Of a stretch of DNA of 64,000 bases, positions 49,944 to 61,619 are shown one piece after another. Positions within the stretch are counted from its first letter, which is position 1. Every line of letters begins with the position of its first letter. The notes under the pieces are model-generated. The model was not told the DNA's origin. It searched no databases and saw only the letters and a list, made by a program, of their open reading frames with translations. This stretch comes from an uncultured Verrucomicrobiae bacterium (lineage in GTDB: Bacteria; Verrucomicrobiota; Verrucomicrobiia; Chthoniobacterales; JAFAMB01): contig CAWIPH010000002.1 of the NCBI GenBank assembly GCA_963837955.1, forward strand, positions 4,928,001 through 4,992,000, read 5' to 3'. Position numbers and translations under genes: made by a program.

Positions 49944-50026
49944 GCCTGGTTCGGTCGAGGTAAGCTGCGACCGAGCCACCGAAACGCAGGGGCGATACAT
50001 ATATTTTAGAAAGAATCCTATATTCT

Positions 50027-51043
50027 ATGTCTTTGAGGCAATGCACTTTTTCCGAATCGGACTGGACCGCACTCGCTCCATATTGGTATCCTGTGGCCTT
50101 CTCTCATGAGGTGACGGAAAAACCGATTGCCGCACAACTCCTTGATCAGCGTCTGGTGCTCTACCGGCTGGCCAACGGGAAGGTGACTGCGGCACGCGAT
50201 CTTTGCCTGCACCGTGGCATCCCTTTGAGCATGGGGTTCTTGGAAGGAGAAACGCTCGTCTGCGCCTACCATGGATTCCGCTACGATGGCGAGGGTCGTT
50301 GCGTATGCATACCGGCACATCCGGGTGCGGCAATTCCTCCTAAGCTAAAGCTGCAGACCTATCCGACGCAGGAGCGATATGGATTAGTGTGGACCCGATT
50401 GGTTAATGATGGACCTAAGAACTTGCCCGAATTCGATGAATGGTACGACCCTGATTATCTACAGGTGCTTCCAAACAGCATCGAGTTGGAGGCGGCAGCC
50501 GGACGGCAGATCGAAGGATTCCTGGATGTTGGTCACTTTGCTTTTGTGCATGTTGAAACTTTTGGAGACCGGACTAATCCGGAAGTACCAGCTTACGCGG
50601 TGACACCGACAGTAAATGGTTTTCAGGCAGATTACTTGAGTACGGTCAGCAACTATCCAAAGCGACTCAAGCACCTAAATCCACCTGGGTTCAAGTGGCG
50701 CCGGCTGTTCGACGTTTTTTTGCCCTTCACAGCGAAATTATCAGTCTTTTTCCCGAAAGATGGCCGGCTGCATATTCTCAACGCAGCGTGTCCAGTCTCG
50801 GCCCGGAAAACGCGTGTGTTTGTGCCTATTTGCCGCAATTTCGATAGGGATGCGCCGGTGCAGGACACGCTCGATTTTAATCAACAAGTCTTCGCCGAGG
50901 ATAAAGTAATCGTAGAACAACAATATCCTGAAGATTTGCCAATTGACCTTCAGGAGGAAGTGCATATCCGGGCCGACCGCAGTTCCATTACGTATCGGCA
51001 GAAACTCGCCGCTTTGAGACTAGGTAGAACTTTCACAGCATAG
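50027..51043 (+). CDS. Rieske non-heme iron oxygenase (VanA/demethylase-like)
   Basis: CLHRG...CAYHG Rieske site; EGFLDVGHFAFVH; ED..VE.Q. Confidence 0.92.
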   Translation: MSLRQCTFSESDWTALAPYWYPVAFSHEVTEKPIAAQLLDQRLVLYRLANGKVTAARDLCLHRGIPLSMGFLEGETLVCAYHGFRYDGEGRCVCIPAHPGAAIPPKLKLQTYPTQERYGLVWTRLVNDGPKNLPEFDEWYDPDYLQVLPNSIELEAAAGRQIEGFLDVGHFAFVHVETFGDRTNPEVPAYAVTPTVNGFQADYLSTVSNYPKRLKHLNPPGFKWRRLFDVFLPFTAKLSVFFPKDGRLHILNAACPVSARKTRVFVPICRNFDRDAPVQDTLDFNQQVFAEDKVIVEQQYPEDLPIDLQEEVHIRADRSSITYRQKLAALRLGRTFTA

Positions 51044-51253
51044 ACATCGTATCCTGGACTCAGGAGAGAGAGGAACGAGGACGCATATCAACGAAGAGCG
51101 CCTCATGGAAGATCACACTCACATTGAATGGAGTCGATCTTCATTACCGGACTATCGGCGACGGCCCTACGCCTTTCGTTGTGTCTCCAGGCTGGTGATT
51201 AGCTTGCGGCTACTTGCAGCACGTTTGGCAGCTTTTGCGCGAAACCGCCGCGT

Positions 51254-52453
51254 TTACACCTTGTTTTTGTTGTAAACGTCGAAGATCACGGCCGCCAGTA
51301 ACACCAGTCCTTTGACCACCTGCTGCCAGTCGATACCGACACCCATGATGGACATGCCGTTATTCATGACGCCCATAATGAAGGCCCCGATGACTGCCCC
51401 CATTACCTTTCCGACGCCACCGGAAGCTGAAGCGCCCCCAATAAAAACGGCGGCGATCACATCCAGTTCGAATCCGACGCCCGCTTTTGGAGTCGCGGTA
51501 TTGAGACGGGCTGCGAAAATGAGCCCGGCGAGCGCAGCTAGCGCACCCATGGTGATGAAGGTGCCAAAGGTCAACCGCTCGGTCTTGATGCCGGAGAGTT
51601 TGGCCGCCTTTTCATTGCCGCCCAGCGCGTAGATGCGGCGGCCGACCGTGGTCCGCAACGTGATGAAAGCGAAGAGGGCGATCAAAATACCCATCACGAT
51701 CAGGACGTTTGGTAGCCCCTTGTAGGACGCCAGTTGATAACTTAGATAGAGGACCAGACCCGAAACGATTGCGTTCTCCAGAATAAAGAGCGCGAGAGAC
51801 CCGCCGCGAAACCCGTGTTTCTCGCGATTGAGTCGCGTTCGGAGACTCACGCCAAACATCCCGACCGCAATTAAGGCGCCGATCAGCATCGACATCGTGC
51901 GGAAGCCCGCGTTACCGAACGGATCGGGAATAAAGCCAGAGCTCAGTAGTTGAAATTGCACTGGGAATGGCCCGATCGAATTGCCGCCCAGCAACGCCAG
52001 GGTCAACCCTCTAAAGACCAGCATCCCGGCTAAGGTGACTATGAAGGAAGGTATTTTGTGGTAGGCAATCCAATAACCTTGGGCTGCGCCAATGGCGCCC
52101 CCCACGATGAGGCAGAGAATCGCTGCCAACAGGAAATTCATGTCGGCCCGCACCATCATCACCGACGCAAGCGCACCTATAAAACCGGCAACCGAACCGA
52201 CCGACAGGTCAATGTGACCAGCGACGATGACCAAGAGCATGCCCAACGCCATGATCACCACGTAGCTGTTCTGGAGTACGAGGTTGGTAAGGTTCAGGGG
52301 CTTGAACAGCGTGCCATTCGTCGCAATTTGAAAAAAGATCATGATCGCGATCAGCGCGATCATGAGACCGTATTCTCGGAAATTGCCTCGCACTACGTTC
52401 TTGGTCTTGGCTGGCTTGGGAGCGGCTGCGACTGCTTCTGCTTGCGTGTTCAT
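51254..52453 (-). CDS. mmsB: Multiple monosaccharide ABC permease
   Basis: [31 protein letters not shown]; operon with chvE. Confidence 0.9.
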   Translation of the reverse strand: MNTQAEAVAAAPKPAKTKNVVRGNFREYGLMIALIAIMIFFQIATNGTLFKPLNLTNLVLQNSYVVIMALGMLLVIVAGHIDLSVGSVAGFIGALASVMMVRADMNFLLAAILCLIVGGAIGAAQGYWIAYHKIPSFIVTLAGMLVFRGLTLALLGGNSIGPFPVQFQLLSSGFIPDPFGNAGFRTMSMLIGALIAVGMFGVSLRTRLNREKHGFRGGSLALFILENAIVSGLVLYLSYQLASYKGLPNVLIVMGILIALFAFITLRTTVGRRIYALGGNEKAAKLSGIKTERLTFGTFITMGALAALAGLIFAARLNTATPKAGVGFELDVIAAVFIGGASASGGVGKVMGAVIGAFIMGVMNNGMSIMGVGIDWQQVVKGLVLLAAVIFDVYNKNKV

Positions 52454-53979
52454 TGCCCTTCTATGTCAGCGCGGAGGATAGCGCGCATAATTCTCTCTTG
52501 CGAAGCATCTTTGGCGAGCATTTCGCTTACCAGCTTCCCGTCGTTCATGACATAAATCCGATCACAGATCCCAAGTAACTCGGGCATCTCCGAAGAAATG
52601 AGGATGACCCCCTTCTTAGCTTCGGCCAACTTGCCGATGATCGTATAAATCTCGTACTTCGCGCCGACGTCGATCCCCCGCGTTGGTTCGTCCAGGATCA
52701 GAATCTCCGGGTCAGCGAACAGCCATTTGCTCAGCACAACCTTTTGCTGGTTGCCACCGCTCAGGTTCCCCACGGTCTGATAGACACTGGAGGAACGAAT
52801 ATTCGTTCTGGTCCGATACTCGTGGGCTACATTGAGCTCGCGGATCTCATTGAGCACGCCGGCCTGGGAAACACCTTTGAGATTAGTGAGCGTGATGTTG
52901 TGCTTAATCTGATCGATGAGGTTAAGTCCGTAAGTTTTACGGTCTTCGGTGACGTACGCCAGACCGTGGGCAATCGCTTTGCCGATCGTGCTGACATCAA
53001 CCTTTTTTCCGTGAATGTATACGTCTCCGCTGATCCGGCGGCCATAGGATCTCCCGAAAACACTCATCGCAAATTCAGTCCGCCCGGAACCCATTAATCC
53101 GGCGATACCGACGATCTCGCCCTTTTTCACGTGGAGATTTATGCCCTTGATGACCTGTCGATCGGAGTAGAGGGGGTGGTAAACAATCCAATCTTTGACC
53201 TCAAAAATGGTCTCGCCGATCTGAGGGGTACGCTTGGGAAAGCGGTCTACTAACTTCCGGCCCACCATGCTGGTGATGATCCGGTCTTCGGTGACCTCGT
53301 GGGATTCAAGGGTCTCGATGGTCGCTCCATCGCGGAGAACCGTAATCACATCCGCGACCTTCCTAACCTCATTGAGCTTGTGGGAAATCAAGATCGAAGT
53401 GATTCCATGCTCCTTGAATTCGAGAAGGAGCGCGAGGAGAGCATCACTGTCGTTTTCGTTCAGGCTAGCAGTCGGTTCGTCCAAAATCAGCAGCTTCACT
53501 TCCTTAGAAAGCGCTTTGGCGATTTCGACGAGCTGTTGTTTGCCGACGCCCAGATTCGTTATCAGCGTCTGCGGATTTTCTTTGAGGCCGACTTTCTCGA
53601 GCAGAGCCTGAGTCCTGACTTCGGCTGCGTTCCAGTCGATGATACCGAACTTGGCCTGCTCATTACCGAGGAAAATATTTTCGCTGATCGAAAGGAGCGG
53701 CACGAGGGCAAGCTCCTGATGAATAATGATGATTCCAAGCTTCTCGCTATCCGCAATACCGCGAAAATTGCGTTCTGCACCCTGATAATAGATCTCTCCC
53801 GAATAGGTGCCGTGCGGGTAAACCCCGCTCAGCACCTTCATCAACGTCGATTTTCCGGCACCGTTTTCCCCGACCAGGGCGTGGATTTCGCCCTGGCGTA
53901 CTGCTAGATTGACGTTGTCGAGTGCTACCACCCCGGGGAACGTCTTGGTGATGCCGCGCATTTCGAGGATGTTATTCAT
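52450..53979 (-). CDS. mmsA: Multiple monosaccharide ABC ATP-binding protein
   Basis: [38 protein letters not shown]. Confidence 0.92.
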   Translation of the reverse strand: MNNILEMRGITKTFPGVVALDNVNLAVRQGEIHALVGENGAGKSTLMKVLSGVYPHGTYSGEIYYQGAERNFRGIADSEKLGIIIIHQELALVPLLSISENIFLGNEQAKFGIIDWNAAEVRTQALLEKVGLKENPQTLITNLGVGKQQLVEIAKALSKEVKLLILDEPTASLNENDSDALLALLLEFKEHGITSILISHKLNEVRKVADVITVLRDGATIETLESHEVTEDRIITSMVGRKLVDRFPKRTPQIGETIFEVKDWIVYHPLYSDRQVIKGINLHVKKGEIVGIAGLMGSGRTEFAMSVFGRSYGRRISGDVYIHGKKVDVSTIGKAIAHGLAYVTEDRKTYGLNLIDQIKHNITLTNLKGVSQAGVLNEIRELNVAHEYRTRTNIRSSSVYQTVGNLSGGNQQKVVLSKWLFADPEILILDEPTRGIDVGAKYEIYTIIGKLAEAKKGVILISSEMPELLGICDRIYVMNDGKLVSEMLAKDASQERIMRAILRADIEGQ

Positions 53980-54091
53980 CGTACCATCTCGATTGACGCC
54001 GGACGCCTCGCCTCAGTCGCTAGGCAAAGCTGTCGCGAAGTTAGGAACAAAGAGTGTGAGGAAGCCCGGGTGCGCATCTAGCCAGGAAAGG

Positions 54092-55156
54092 CTACTTGAG
54101 CTGATCGGCCTTGTAATAGCCACTATCAACGAGGATCTGTTTATAATTCGAAATGTCGACTGGGACTGGCTTCAACAGGTAAGAAGGCACAACCTTGATC
54201 CCATTATTGTAGGTCGTGGTGTTGTTGACTTCCGGCTTACCGCCAGCTAATAGCGCGTCAACCATATTAACGGCGACCTTAGCGAGGTCACGCGTGTCCT
54301 TGAAAATGGTCGAACGCTGTTCATGGGCGATAATCGACTTCACCGAAGGGACTTCCGCATCCTGGCCTGTCACGACCGGCATCGGTAGATCGGACTTTCC
54401 GTAACCGACCCCTTTGAGCGACGAAAGAATGCCAATGCTCAAGCCGTCATAAGGCGAAAGAACCGCATCAACGCGCTTATCCGTGTAGTAAGCGGACAGA
54501 ATGTTATCCATCCGGGACTGGGCGACGGCGCCGTCCCACCGGAGCGTACCGACCGTTTTCATACCTGTTTGGCCGCTACGTACCACCAGCTTGCCGCTAT
54601 CGATGTACGGCTTTAACACAGACATCGCGCCGTCATAGAAGAAGAATGCGTTATTGTCATCCGGAGAACCGCCGAACAGTTCGATATTGAAGGGACCCTT
54701 GCCGCTTTTGAGGCTGAGCTCTTTCTCAATGGATTGGGCCTGCAAGACGCCGACCTGGAAATTATCGAAGGTGGCGTAGTAGTCGACATTGGGAGAGCCG
54801 CGGATCAGACGGTCATAGGCTAGGACTTTGATGCCACTATTGGCCGCCTTCTGCAGGGCGTCGGAAAGGGTGGTACCGTCAATCGCGGCGATGACGAGAA
54901 CCTTGTCGCCCTTGGTGATCATATTTTCGATCTGGGCCAACTGGTTCGGGATGTCATCTTCGGCGTATTGGAGATCGGCCTTGTAGCCTTTGGCCTCCAA
55001 GGTCTTCACAATGTTGTCGCCATCGGCGATCCAGCGGGCCGACGATTTTGTGGGCATGGCAATGCCGATGGTGCCCTTATCCTGCGCAACAGCAGGCAGG
55101 GACAACGACATCAGGCCTATCGCCAATGTGGTGTAAGCAATCTTGAATGATTTCAT
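54092..55156 (-). CDS. chvE: Multiple sugar-binding periplasmic protein ChvE
   Basis: [47 protein letters not shown]. Confidence 0.92.
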   Translation of the reverse strand: MKSFKIAYTTLAIGLMSLSLPAVAQDKGTIGIAMPTKSSARWIADGDNIVKTLEAKGYKADLQYAEDDIPNQLAQIENMITKGDKVLVIAAIDGTTLSDALQKAANSGIKVLAYDRLIRGSPNVDYYATFDNFQVGVLQAQSIEKELSLKSGKGPFNIELFGGSPDDNNAFFFYDGAMSVLKPYIDSGKLVVRSGQTGMKTVGTLRWDGAVAQSRMDNILSAYYTDKRVDAVLSPYDGLSIGILSSLKGVGYGKSDLPMPVVTGQDAEVPSVKSIIAHEQRSTIFKDTRDLAKVAVNMVDALLAGGKPEVNNTTTYNNGIKVVPSYLLKPVPVDISNYKQILVDSGYYKADQLK

Positions 55157-55198
55157 TTTATTCTTTGGGGGTACTAGATAACGCGTGCGGCGCGAATC

Positions 55199-55440
55199 CG
55201 TGACCGCTCACGGGATTAAGGCAGGTTGATCCTTATCTGCAAGAAAAAGTTCTGTTTCGTACCCGATTCTTTGATCGCCGCTCTGGGTTCCACCCGGCGT
55301 AGCCGGATGTTTAGTTGTCCAGGTGGACCAATGAAGCCGACCACTTCGCCTTCTGCCACCCGTTCGACAACGCGCCGGCCCATCGTTCTTACTAAAAAAA
55401 ACTTTGGAAAGAAAGCTGAGGAAATCCGTGAGCGTTCACA
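55199..55440. promoter_or_regulatory. Pair of LacI-family operators
   Basis: cGTGACCGCTCACg (55199-55212) and cGTGAGCGTTCACa (55427-55440) between divergent chvE and lacI-family gene. Confidence 0.75.
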
Positions 55441-55527
55441 AAGGTGAGGTGGTTAACTGCTCTTTTAAGAAGCAGAAAGACGTCGACTCGCTTTACATTA
55501 CTTCGAAAAAGATATTCACCTAAAGCC

Positions 55528-56679
55528 ATGAGATCCTCCCGGAGAAAGAGTAAGAATTTGACAATCGATGATATCGCCGAACTCTCCGGAGTTTCGTATC
55601 AGACCGTCTCACGAGTTTTGAACGGGATGCCCCACGTCTCACCGGCGACCCGGGAAAGGGTCCAAGCGGTGATGCAGGAAGTCGGGTTCCGACCAAACAT
55701 GACGGCCCGGCAACTCGCCAGTCAACGCTCGACCACCGTCGGACTAGTGACGTTCGCCACCGGTTTCTACGGGCCAGCCCAGGTCCTCTCCAACTGCGAG
55801 CAAGCCAGCAAAGAAATGGACTTGAGCTTCATGTTCAGCGGCATCGTCGATCAAAGTACTCCCGGGATCCGACGCGCCGTGAACGAACTCTGTGCTCACC
55901 AAGTTTGCGGTATTCTGCTCCACCTCCCCTTTCGAATCGAACTGCGTGATCTGCAAGAGGTCTGCCGCAATGTGCCAATCGTAGCAGTCGATTCCAGTCT
56001 GGGATTCAAATGCCCCGCTATCTACATCGATCAAGAACTCGGGTCCCGCATCGCCACGCAACACTTGATCCAACTCGGACACAGGAAAATCGCGTATCTG
56101 CAGGGGCCGGCCTTCTGGCGGGCGGCGGAACTGCGTTTCGAGGGTTGGCTTAAAGAATTGAAAGCGGCTGGCCTCAATCCAGGACCCGTGATCAGAGGAG
56201 ATTGGACGGCTGAGTCAGGCTTCGAAGCGACGCAGAAGCTTGTCGCACAAAATTGGGGTAAATATTCGGCCTTAGTCGTGGCCAATGACCAGATGGCGTT
56301 GGGGGCGATCCGTGCTTTCGAAGAAAGCGGGATCCAAATTCCCCGGACCATCTCAGTGGTTGGGTTTGACGACATTCCGGAAGCAGGCTTCTTTCGGCCT
56401 CCTCTTTCGACCATCAAACAGGATTTTGCGACGCTTGCCAACTTGAGCGTGAAGTGTCTGATGAGCCAAGTGAGTCAGAGCCAAGCCGTTCGCTCGAGGA
56501 CTATTCGGCCCACATTCGTCGGACGTGAGAGTACCGCAGCGCCCCAGAGTCGAACGATCCGCGCGAATAAGCCAACGATAGCGAAGAAGTCGAATGGGCC
56601 GACGGCCTCGCCGGACCAGGTTTCCCGCCGCAAGCCGGCGGTCAAACAGGGTAACGGCCGGCGAGGGCGTGCGCGGTGA
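55528..56679 (+). CDS. LacI family regulator
   Basis: TIDDIAELSGVSYQTVSRVLN, ANDQMALG, SVVGFDD. Confidence 0.95.
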   Translation: MRSSRRKSKNLTIDDIAELSGVSYQTVSRVLNGMPHVSPATRERVQAVMQEVGFRPNMTARQLASQRSTTVGLVTFATGFYGPAQVLSNCEQASKEMDLSFMFSGIVDQSTPGIRRAVNELCAHQVCGILLHLPFRIELRDLQEVCRNVPIVAVDSSLGFKCPAIYIDQELGSRIATQHLIQLGHRKIAYLQGPAFWRAAELRFEGWLKELKAAGLNPGPVIRGDWTAESGFEATQKLVAQNWGKYSALVVANDQMALGAIRAFEESGIQIPRTISVVGFDDIPEAGFFRPPLSTIKQDFATLANLSVKCLMSQVSQSQAVRSRTIRPTFVGRESTAAPQSRTIRANKPTIAKKSNGPTASPDQVSRRKPAVKQGNGRRGRAR

Positions 56680-56711
56680 TCCCCAGCAACGCTGGTTGAA
56701 GACTTCCCTGC

Positions 56712-57212
56712 TCAAGCCGCTCCCGGAACGTTAAGATCCACGTTGGGTAGATCTCCGACGGCATGGTACACAGATATCTTCATCAACTCGCCTTCAGCGG
56801 CGGCGTGACTAAAGAATCTACCTTCATTCAGCCACGCGTACCGGGAATCTGGGGTCTGGAACTTTACCACGCCGACGAGATAATGCTCCGCCGGGCTCAC
56901 AAACTCGTTGGCTAGCAGACGGGCCAAAGTGTCTGCCGAACCAAGCCATTCCCCGCGATTCATCATCAGCACCTCGGCACCGTCATCTGTTAGAATGCTG
57001 AATTCGGCCAATATCGAGATACCCGGCTGGCCGTTCGGGCTCGGATTACCGGTGACGAAACGCGTCAAAATCTGGCCGTTTAGCCTTGGACCGCTCACGG
57101 TCCCACCGGAAACGAGACCGCCTTGCCGAAGTATCTCCATACTTCTCCAGATCCTGGCAAAAAGAAGCCTTGTGACCAGCTGCATCTCGCTGGGGATCGG
57201 GAGTTTATCCAT
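56712..57212 (-). CDS. DUF3237 family protein
   Basis: GGTVSGPRLNG, LTDDGAEV...N.G, FQT.D.RYAWLN. Confidence 0.8.
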   Translation of the reverse strand: MDKLPIPSEMQLVTRLLFARIWRSMEILRQGGLVSGGTVSGPRLNGQILTRFVTGNPSPNGQPGISILAEFSILTDDGAEVLMMNRGEWLGSADTLARLLANEFVSPAEHYLVGVVKFQTPDSRYAWLNEGRFFSHAAAEGELMKISVYHAVGDLPNVDLNVPGAA

Positions 57213-57420
57213 AGACTCGTACTTTCTGGCGGCGCCCGATTTCGGGTTCAAGCCGAAATCGCGCTGGTAAGAAGAGGTTCGTTTCCGCCGAGCCGAAGAG
57301 TGTCTTTAGTCGCAAACTCATGACCAACGCGGCCCGGCAAGCAAATAGCTCGTTCAGGTATCGCGAGGAGAATGGTTTACATTCAGCCATTATTTTCCTA
57401 TTCTCCATAACCAATCTCAC

Positions 57421-58059
57421 GTGCCAATGACAAAGTCCGTCCTTACCGTCTTGTGTTTGCAGGTCTTTCTCTTAGCCGCCGCTCTGGCCACCCCGGGCGA
57501 TGACCTGCTCGTGGCGAAGCTGCCGAAAGATCTTCGCGGTGCGCCCAAAGTCCCAGAGGGTCCGCTCGTTCAAGCCACGACGGATGCGGTGAAAGGAAGT
57601 CGCTCACTGGCCCCGCAAATCACTGCGGCTGCGGTCCGACGCGCGATAGATTGCTCCTCTGCGGAAGCTGTACTTCGAGCGTCCCTTCGCCAACTCGCGC
57701 CCAACCCGACCGCAATGGAGCTATTCGCGATTACCCGAGCTGCGATCGGCGCAGCTCCGCATAGCGAAAGCACTTCTGTGAATAGCAGAGGCCACAAAGT
57801 TGCCTCAGGTGGTTGTACGGAAGCGCTCCTCGCTGCCGCGGCTTCAGAGTACCCGGATCTCGCATCGGTATTGAACGATTCAGGCAAACAGGTCGCCCAA
57901 AAGCAGGTGGCCGGAGCGGAGGAAGGGATGGGCAATTCTCCGGAGACAGGGGCCGGCGGCGGTATTTTCGATCCAGGCGCACCTCTGATCCCCCCAGCCG
58001 TAACATTTCCCCCTACTGGCGGTGGACTAGTCTCTGTAACTACCCCGATCGCTCCCTGA
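57421..58059 (+). CDS. Secreted Ala-rich helical hypothetical protein
   Basis: Signal peptide, AA..AAP helical repeats, Gly/Pro tail. Confidence 0.65.
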   Translation: MPMTKSVLTVLCLQVFLLAAALATPGDDLLVAKLPKDLRGAPKVPEGPLVQATTDAVKGSRSLAPQITAAAVRRAIDCSSAEAVLRASLRQLAPNPTAMELFAITRAAIGAAPHSESTSVNSRGHKVASGGCTEALLAAAASEYPDLASVLNDSGKQVAQKQVAGAEEGMGNSPETGAGGGIFDPGAPLIPPAVTFPPTGGGLVSVTTPIAP

Positions 58060-58169
58060 TACCGACCAAGGGATTGAAGGTATCGGTAAATCTGTGATTT
58101 TGCTTGCGTCGAGCATGATCCCTTTGACCCCGATTGCAGCTAGATCAAATCGCCGGTATAGCTACAGCG

Positions 58170-59228
58170 ATGGAAGTGCTCCAAACTTTGGCAGTCGCCC
58201 TCGGTTTAGCCGCCCTCTCCGGATATAGCCTCTATCTGACCGTTTTCTTAACGGGCTTAGCGATCCATTTCGATTGGATTCATTTGGCGCCCCAATACGC
58301 CTCCCTGGCTCCGCTCGGTGAGCCGACGATCATCATTATCTCCGGCGTTCTTTTCGTGCTCGAATTTTTTGTCGACAAGATTCCCTGGCTTGATTCTATC
58401 TGGGACGCGATCCACACCTTCATCCGACCGGTCGGCGGAGCCCTGCTGGCAGTGCAAACGCTTGGTCATCCTCAGCCGGTCTTCGATGTGATCGTGGCTC
58501 TGCTCGCTGGATCCGTAACATTCACAACTCACAGCGTGAAGACAGGAACACGACTGATGGTGAATCAGTCGCCCGAGCCATTCTCCAACGTTGCTGTGAG
58601 CCTGGGTGAGAACATAGTGGTCGCCGGACTGTTTGCCTTGCTCTGGAGTCACCCCTTTATCGCGATCGTTCTGCTTCTTATCTTTTTCTCTCTGGCATTC
58701 TACTTCCTTCCAAAGATCTGGCGTGCGATCGGGGTTCGACTTTGGTTCATCCGCCGAAAATTGAAACAGCCGGCTCGCGGTCAATCGGAAACGGTCCTGC
58801 CCACAAAGCTTCCTGGTCGTTATCAACACGCGCTGAACCGATTACCGGAGCCACCGCAAAACCTTGTGTGGGCGGTACCGTGCATCACTGGCAAAGGAAA
58901 ATTTATTCCGACCGATAGAGTTGGTTATCTGGTTGCTTCGGCAGATCGACTTCCAAAAGTTTACTTCCTGGTAAAGGGCTGGTTTGGCGCTGCCAAACTG
59001 TACGAGATTGAGGAGTTCAGCGTAACGCTACGCCAAAGATTCTTGTATGACGAACTCGTCCTCTACACCCCAGGCAAACATGATCGCTACACTTTCCGGT
59101 TCGACCGGAGCACGGCCGGTCTCGCTCCCTTAATTACCACGGATCTCCAATCCCGGATCGACGCTCCGAAAACGCTAAGTCTAATCTCCGCCACTCCGCC
59201 GACTGGCGAAGAGCACGCGCCGATTTAG
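58170..59228 (+). CDS. DUF4126 membrane protein with C-terminal soluble extension
   Basis: SG.SLYL, EFFVDKIPWLDSIWD..HTFIRP, SPEPFSN..S..E. Confidence 0.87.
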   Translation: MEVLQTLAVALGLAALSGYSLYLTVFLTGLAIHFDWIHLAPQYASLAPLGEPTIIIISGVLFVLEFFVDKIPWLDSIWDAIHTFIRPVGGALLAVQTLGHPQPVFDVIVALLAGSVTFTTHSVKTGTRLMVNQSPEPFSNVAVSLGENIVVAGLFALLWSHPFIAIVLLLIFFSLAFYFLPKIWRAIGVRLWFIRRKLKQPARGQSETVLPTKLPGRYQHALNRLPEPPQNLVWAVPCITGKGKFIPTDRVGYLVASADRLPKVYFLVKGWFGAAKLYEIEEFSVTLRQRFLYDELVLYTPGKHDRYTFRFDRSTAGLAPLITTDLQSRIDAPKTLSLISATPPTGEEHAPI

Positions 59229-59254
59229 CCTGGCCTAGCCGTTGATCAGTCCCC

Positions 59255-59281
59255 CAAAGGGCGGCCTTCGGCCGCCCTTTG
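59255..59281. terminator. Bidirectional intrinsic terminator
   Basis: caaagggcggcc-ttc-ggccgccctttg perfect hairpin between convergent genes. Confidence 0.8.
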
Positions 59282-59304
59282 TCTACAACAATTAGATTTA
59301 CGTT

Positions 59305-60267
59305 CTACGCCAAGCCGTTCTCCTTCAGGATCTGATCACAGTTCGATTTATCGACGGCCATCGTCGGAAGGGTGATCTTCTTTTCCACCTTCTCCCCTTT
59401 CATAACCTTCAAGCCTTGACGAACGCCCTCGGCTCCTGGCGTCGCATAAAGGAAGGTCGCGGTCAGTTCGCCCTTGCTAACCCAAGTGACGCCTTCATTT
59501 GGCAGCGCATCGATGCCTAGGAACATTATCTGCTTTTCGCGGCCGGCATCTTTCGCGGCAAGATAGGCCCCGTACGCAATCGGATCATTGTGCCCATAGA
59601 CAAGGTCGATCTTGTCGAATTGTTTCAGCGCCGTCGTCATTGTGTCGTACCCCTTCGCCTGCTTCCAATCGCAGTCGATGGGTTGCAGCAACGATTTGAT
59701 CCCAGCTTCCTTGCTAACGAACTCGTTAAAACCCTTGTGCCGATCCTGGGCGGGCGCGGTACCCATCCCACCCCACAGTTCGATAATACTTCCTTTCGCG
59801 GCTCCCGCTCCGCCGAGCAGCTTGACCGCGTATTGACCAGCTGTTTGGCCGATCACGACGTTATCGCCACCGATGAATTGGGTGTATTTGTCGGTATTGA
59901 CGTTTCGATCGAGCACGATCACCGGAATCTTCGCATCAATCGCTTTGAGCACGACTCCAGTTAAGCCGGCCGACTCCTTCGGGCTAACCAACAGGAGATC
60001 GACACCTTGCTGAATCAAGCTTTCGACATCAGCTACCTGTTTCTCCGTCTTATCCTGTCCATCGGTAATGATCAGTTGTATTTCCGGATGTTTATCCGCT
60101 TCTTTTTGCATGTCCTTGTTGAACTGGACGCGCCAAGGTTCAACTATGGTCGCTTGGGAGAACCCGAACACATATTTTTTGCCCTGGGCTCTTACTTGGA
60201 ACGGCTTCAACACCGTTGATGCTGCGGCTGCAGCAATACTCGCTTTAATAAACGTTCTACGTTTCAT
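59305..60267 (-). CDS. Sugar ABC substrate-binding protein with Tat-type signal
   Basis: MKRRTFIK signal; GFSQ...EPWR, LDR, HND, GIDA. Confidence 0.92.
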   Translation of the reverse strand: MKRRTFIKASIAAAAASTVLKPFQVRAQGKKYVFGFSQATIVEPWRVQFNKDMQKEADKHPEIQLIITDGQDKTEKQVADVESLIQQGVDLLLVSPKESAGLTGVVLKAIDAKIPVIVLDRNVNTDKYTQFIGGDNVVIGQTAGQYAVKLLGGAGAAKGSIIELWGGMGTAPAQDRHKGFNEFVSKEAGIKSLLQPIDCDWKQAKGYDTMTTALKQFDKIDLVYGHNDPIAYGAYLAAKDAGREKQIMFLGIDALPNEGVTWVSKGELTATFLYATPGAEGVRQGLKVMKGEKVEKKITLPTMAVDKSNCDQILKENGLA

Positions 60268-60326
60268 GGGGGTATGACAGTTCGTCTTTTTTGGTCTGGA
60301 TCCCCAATCCGGGGACCTAGAAATCG

Positions 60327-61619
60327 TTATCTAAGATTTTGCAGGGAATGGACTTCATCTTTCCGTGGTTCGCCGCCATCCAATTTCTTGGTTCGAGCGC
60401 GCAAACGCTTCCACCAAAGTCCGACCTGCCCTTCCTGCAGCAGCACGGCAGCAAGAATAATCGCGCCTTTCAGAACGAACTGGATGTTACTGTTAATGTT
60501 TTTGAGCAGGAGGATATTGGTGAGAAAGCCAAAAATGAGGACCCCAACAAACGTGCCCGTCATCGAGCCTTTGCCTCCCATCAAATTCGTCCCACCAATG
60601 ACGACCGCAGCAATTGCGTCGAGTTCAGCTCCTGTACCCGCGTCGGGTTTTCCCTGCCGATATTGGGCGGTGTAAAGCACACCGGCAGATGCCGCTAACA
60701 TCCCGGCAATCGCATAGACCGCTGTTTTGATCTGGTCCACCCGGATTCCAGCCAGCCGAGCCGCCTGTTCGTTTCCGCCGATCGCGTAGATGTACCGGCC
60801 GAAAACCGTATACTTAAGAATAAACCCGAACGTCAGCACGGCGACCAGGAAGAAGATTCCAGGCACGGGCACGACTTGCAGCACGAGAGCGCGGAGAATA
60901 TCAAACTGGTCCGTAGCGTTTGAACCGGTATAGACAGGGTAAACAGCAGCGGTTTCGCCTCCCAGCAGACGCGCAACGCCCAAGATGGCCACCATCATTG
61001 CCAAAGTCACAATGAAGGGCTGCAGCTTGCCTTTAGAGATAATGAGACCAGTCAGTCCGCCAATCGCCAAACCAACGGCCGGGACCGTGATCAGGACTCC
61101 CAAAACTCCGAACTTTGTTTGGAGCTGGCTGGTAGTCCACCAAACCAGCGCCCCAGCCACTATCAGTCCCAGTCCAACACCAAACAGCCGAACGGTCCGG
61201 CCCGCTTGCTCAACCGGTTTGGCCGACCCGCGGCGCAAGTTTGAGGCGATTAGCGGCACTAAATAGCTGCAAAGAAAAACCGCTACCACCGCTAAAATGG
61301 GAATCGAAGTAACCGAGGCCGCAGTCCAGCCCGGCAAAGTCAGAAGCATGGCGCAAAGCATGCATCCGAGGGCCATCATCGAACCGACCGAGAGATCGAT
61401 CCCTCCGGTCAGAATTACGAGAGTCATTCCCACGGCGATCATGCCGTTATTCGAAACCTGCCGCAGGACGTCGGATTGATTGCCCGGCTCCAGGAAAATG
61501 TTTACGCCTTTGCGATTGACCGGGGATAGGATTATTCCCGCCCCATAAAGGACGGCCAGTCCCCAAAACAACTTCGTCTTGAGCAGGAATCGTCCCGCTG
61601 CCGTAAGCAGCCGTTTCAC
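60327..61619 (-). CDS. Sugar ABC permease (with extra TM insertion)
   Basis: GGIDLSVGS, GRYIYAIGGNEQAA, ELDAIAAVVIGGT. Confidence 0.92.
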   Translation of the reverse strand: MKRLLTAAGRFLLKTKLFWGLAVLYGAGIILSPVNRKGVNIFLEPGNQSDVLRQVSNNGMIAVGMTLVILTGGIDLSVGSMMALGCMLCAMLLTLPGWTAASVTSIPILAVVAVFLCSYLVPLIASNLRRGSAKPVEQAGRTVRLFGVGLGLIVAGALVWWTTSQLQTKFGVLGVLITVPAVGLAIGGLTGLIISKGKLQPFIVTLAMMVAILGVARLLGGETAAVYPVYTGSNATDQFDILRALVLQVVPVPGIFFLVAVLTFGFILKYTVFGRYIYAIGGNEQAARLAGIRVDQIKTAVYAIAGMLAASAGVLYTAQYRQGKPDAGTGAELDAIAAVVIGGTNLMGGKGSMTGTFVGVLIFGFLTNILLLKNINSNIQFVLKGAIILAAVLLQEGQVGLWWKRLRARTKKLDGGEPRKDEVHSLQNLR

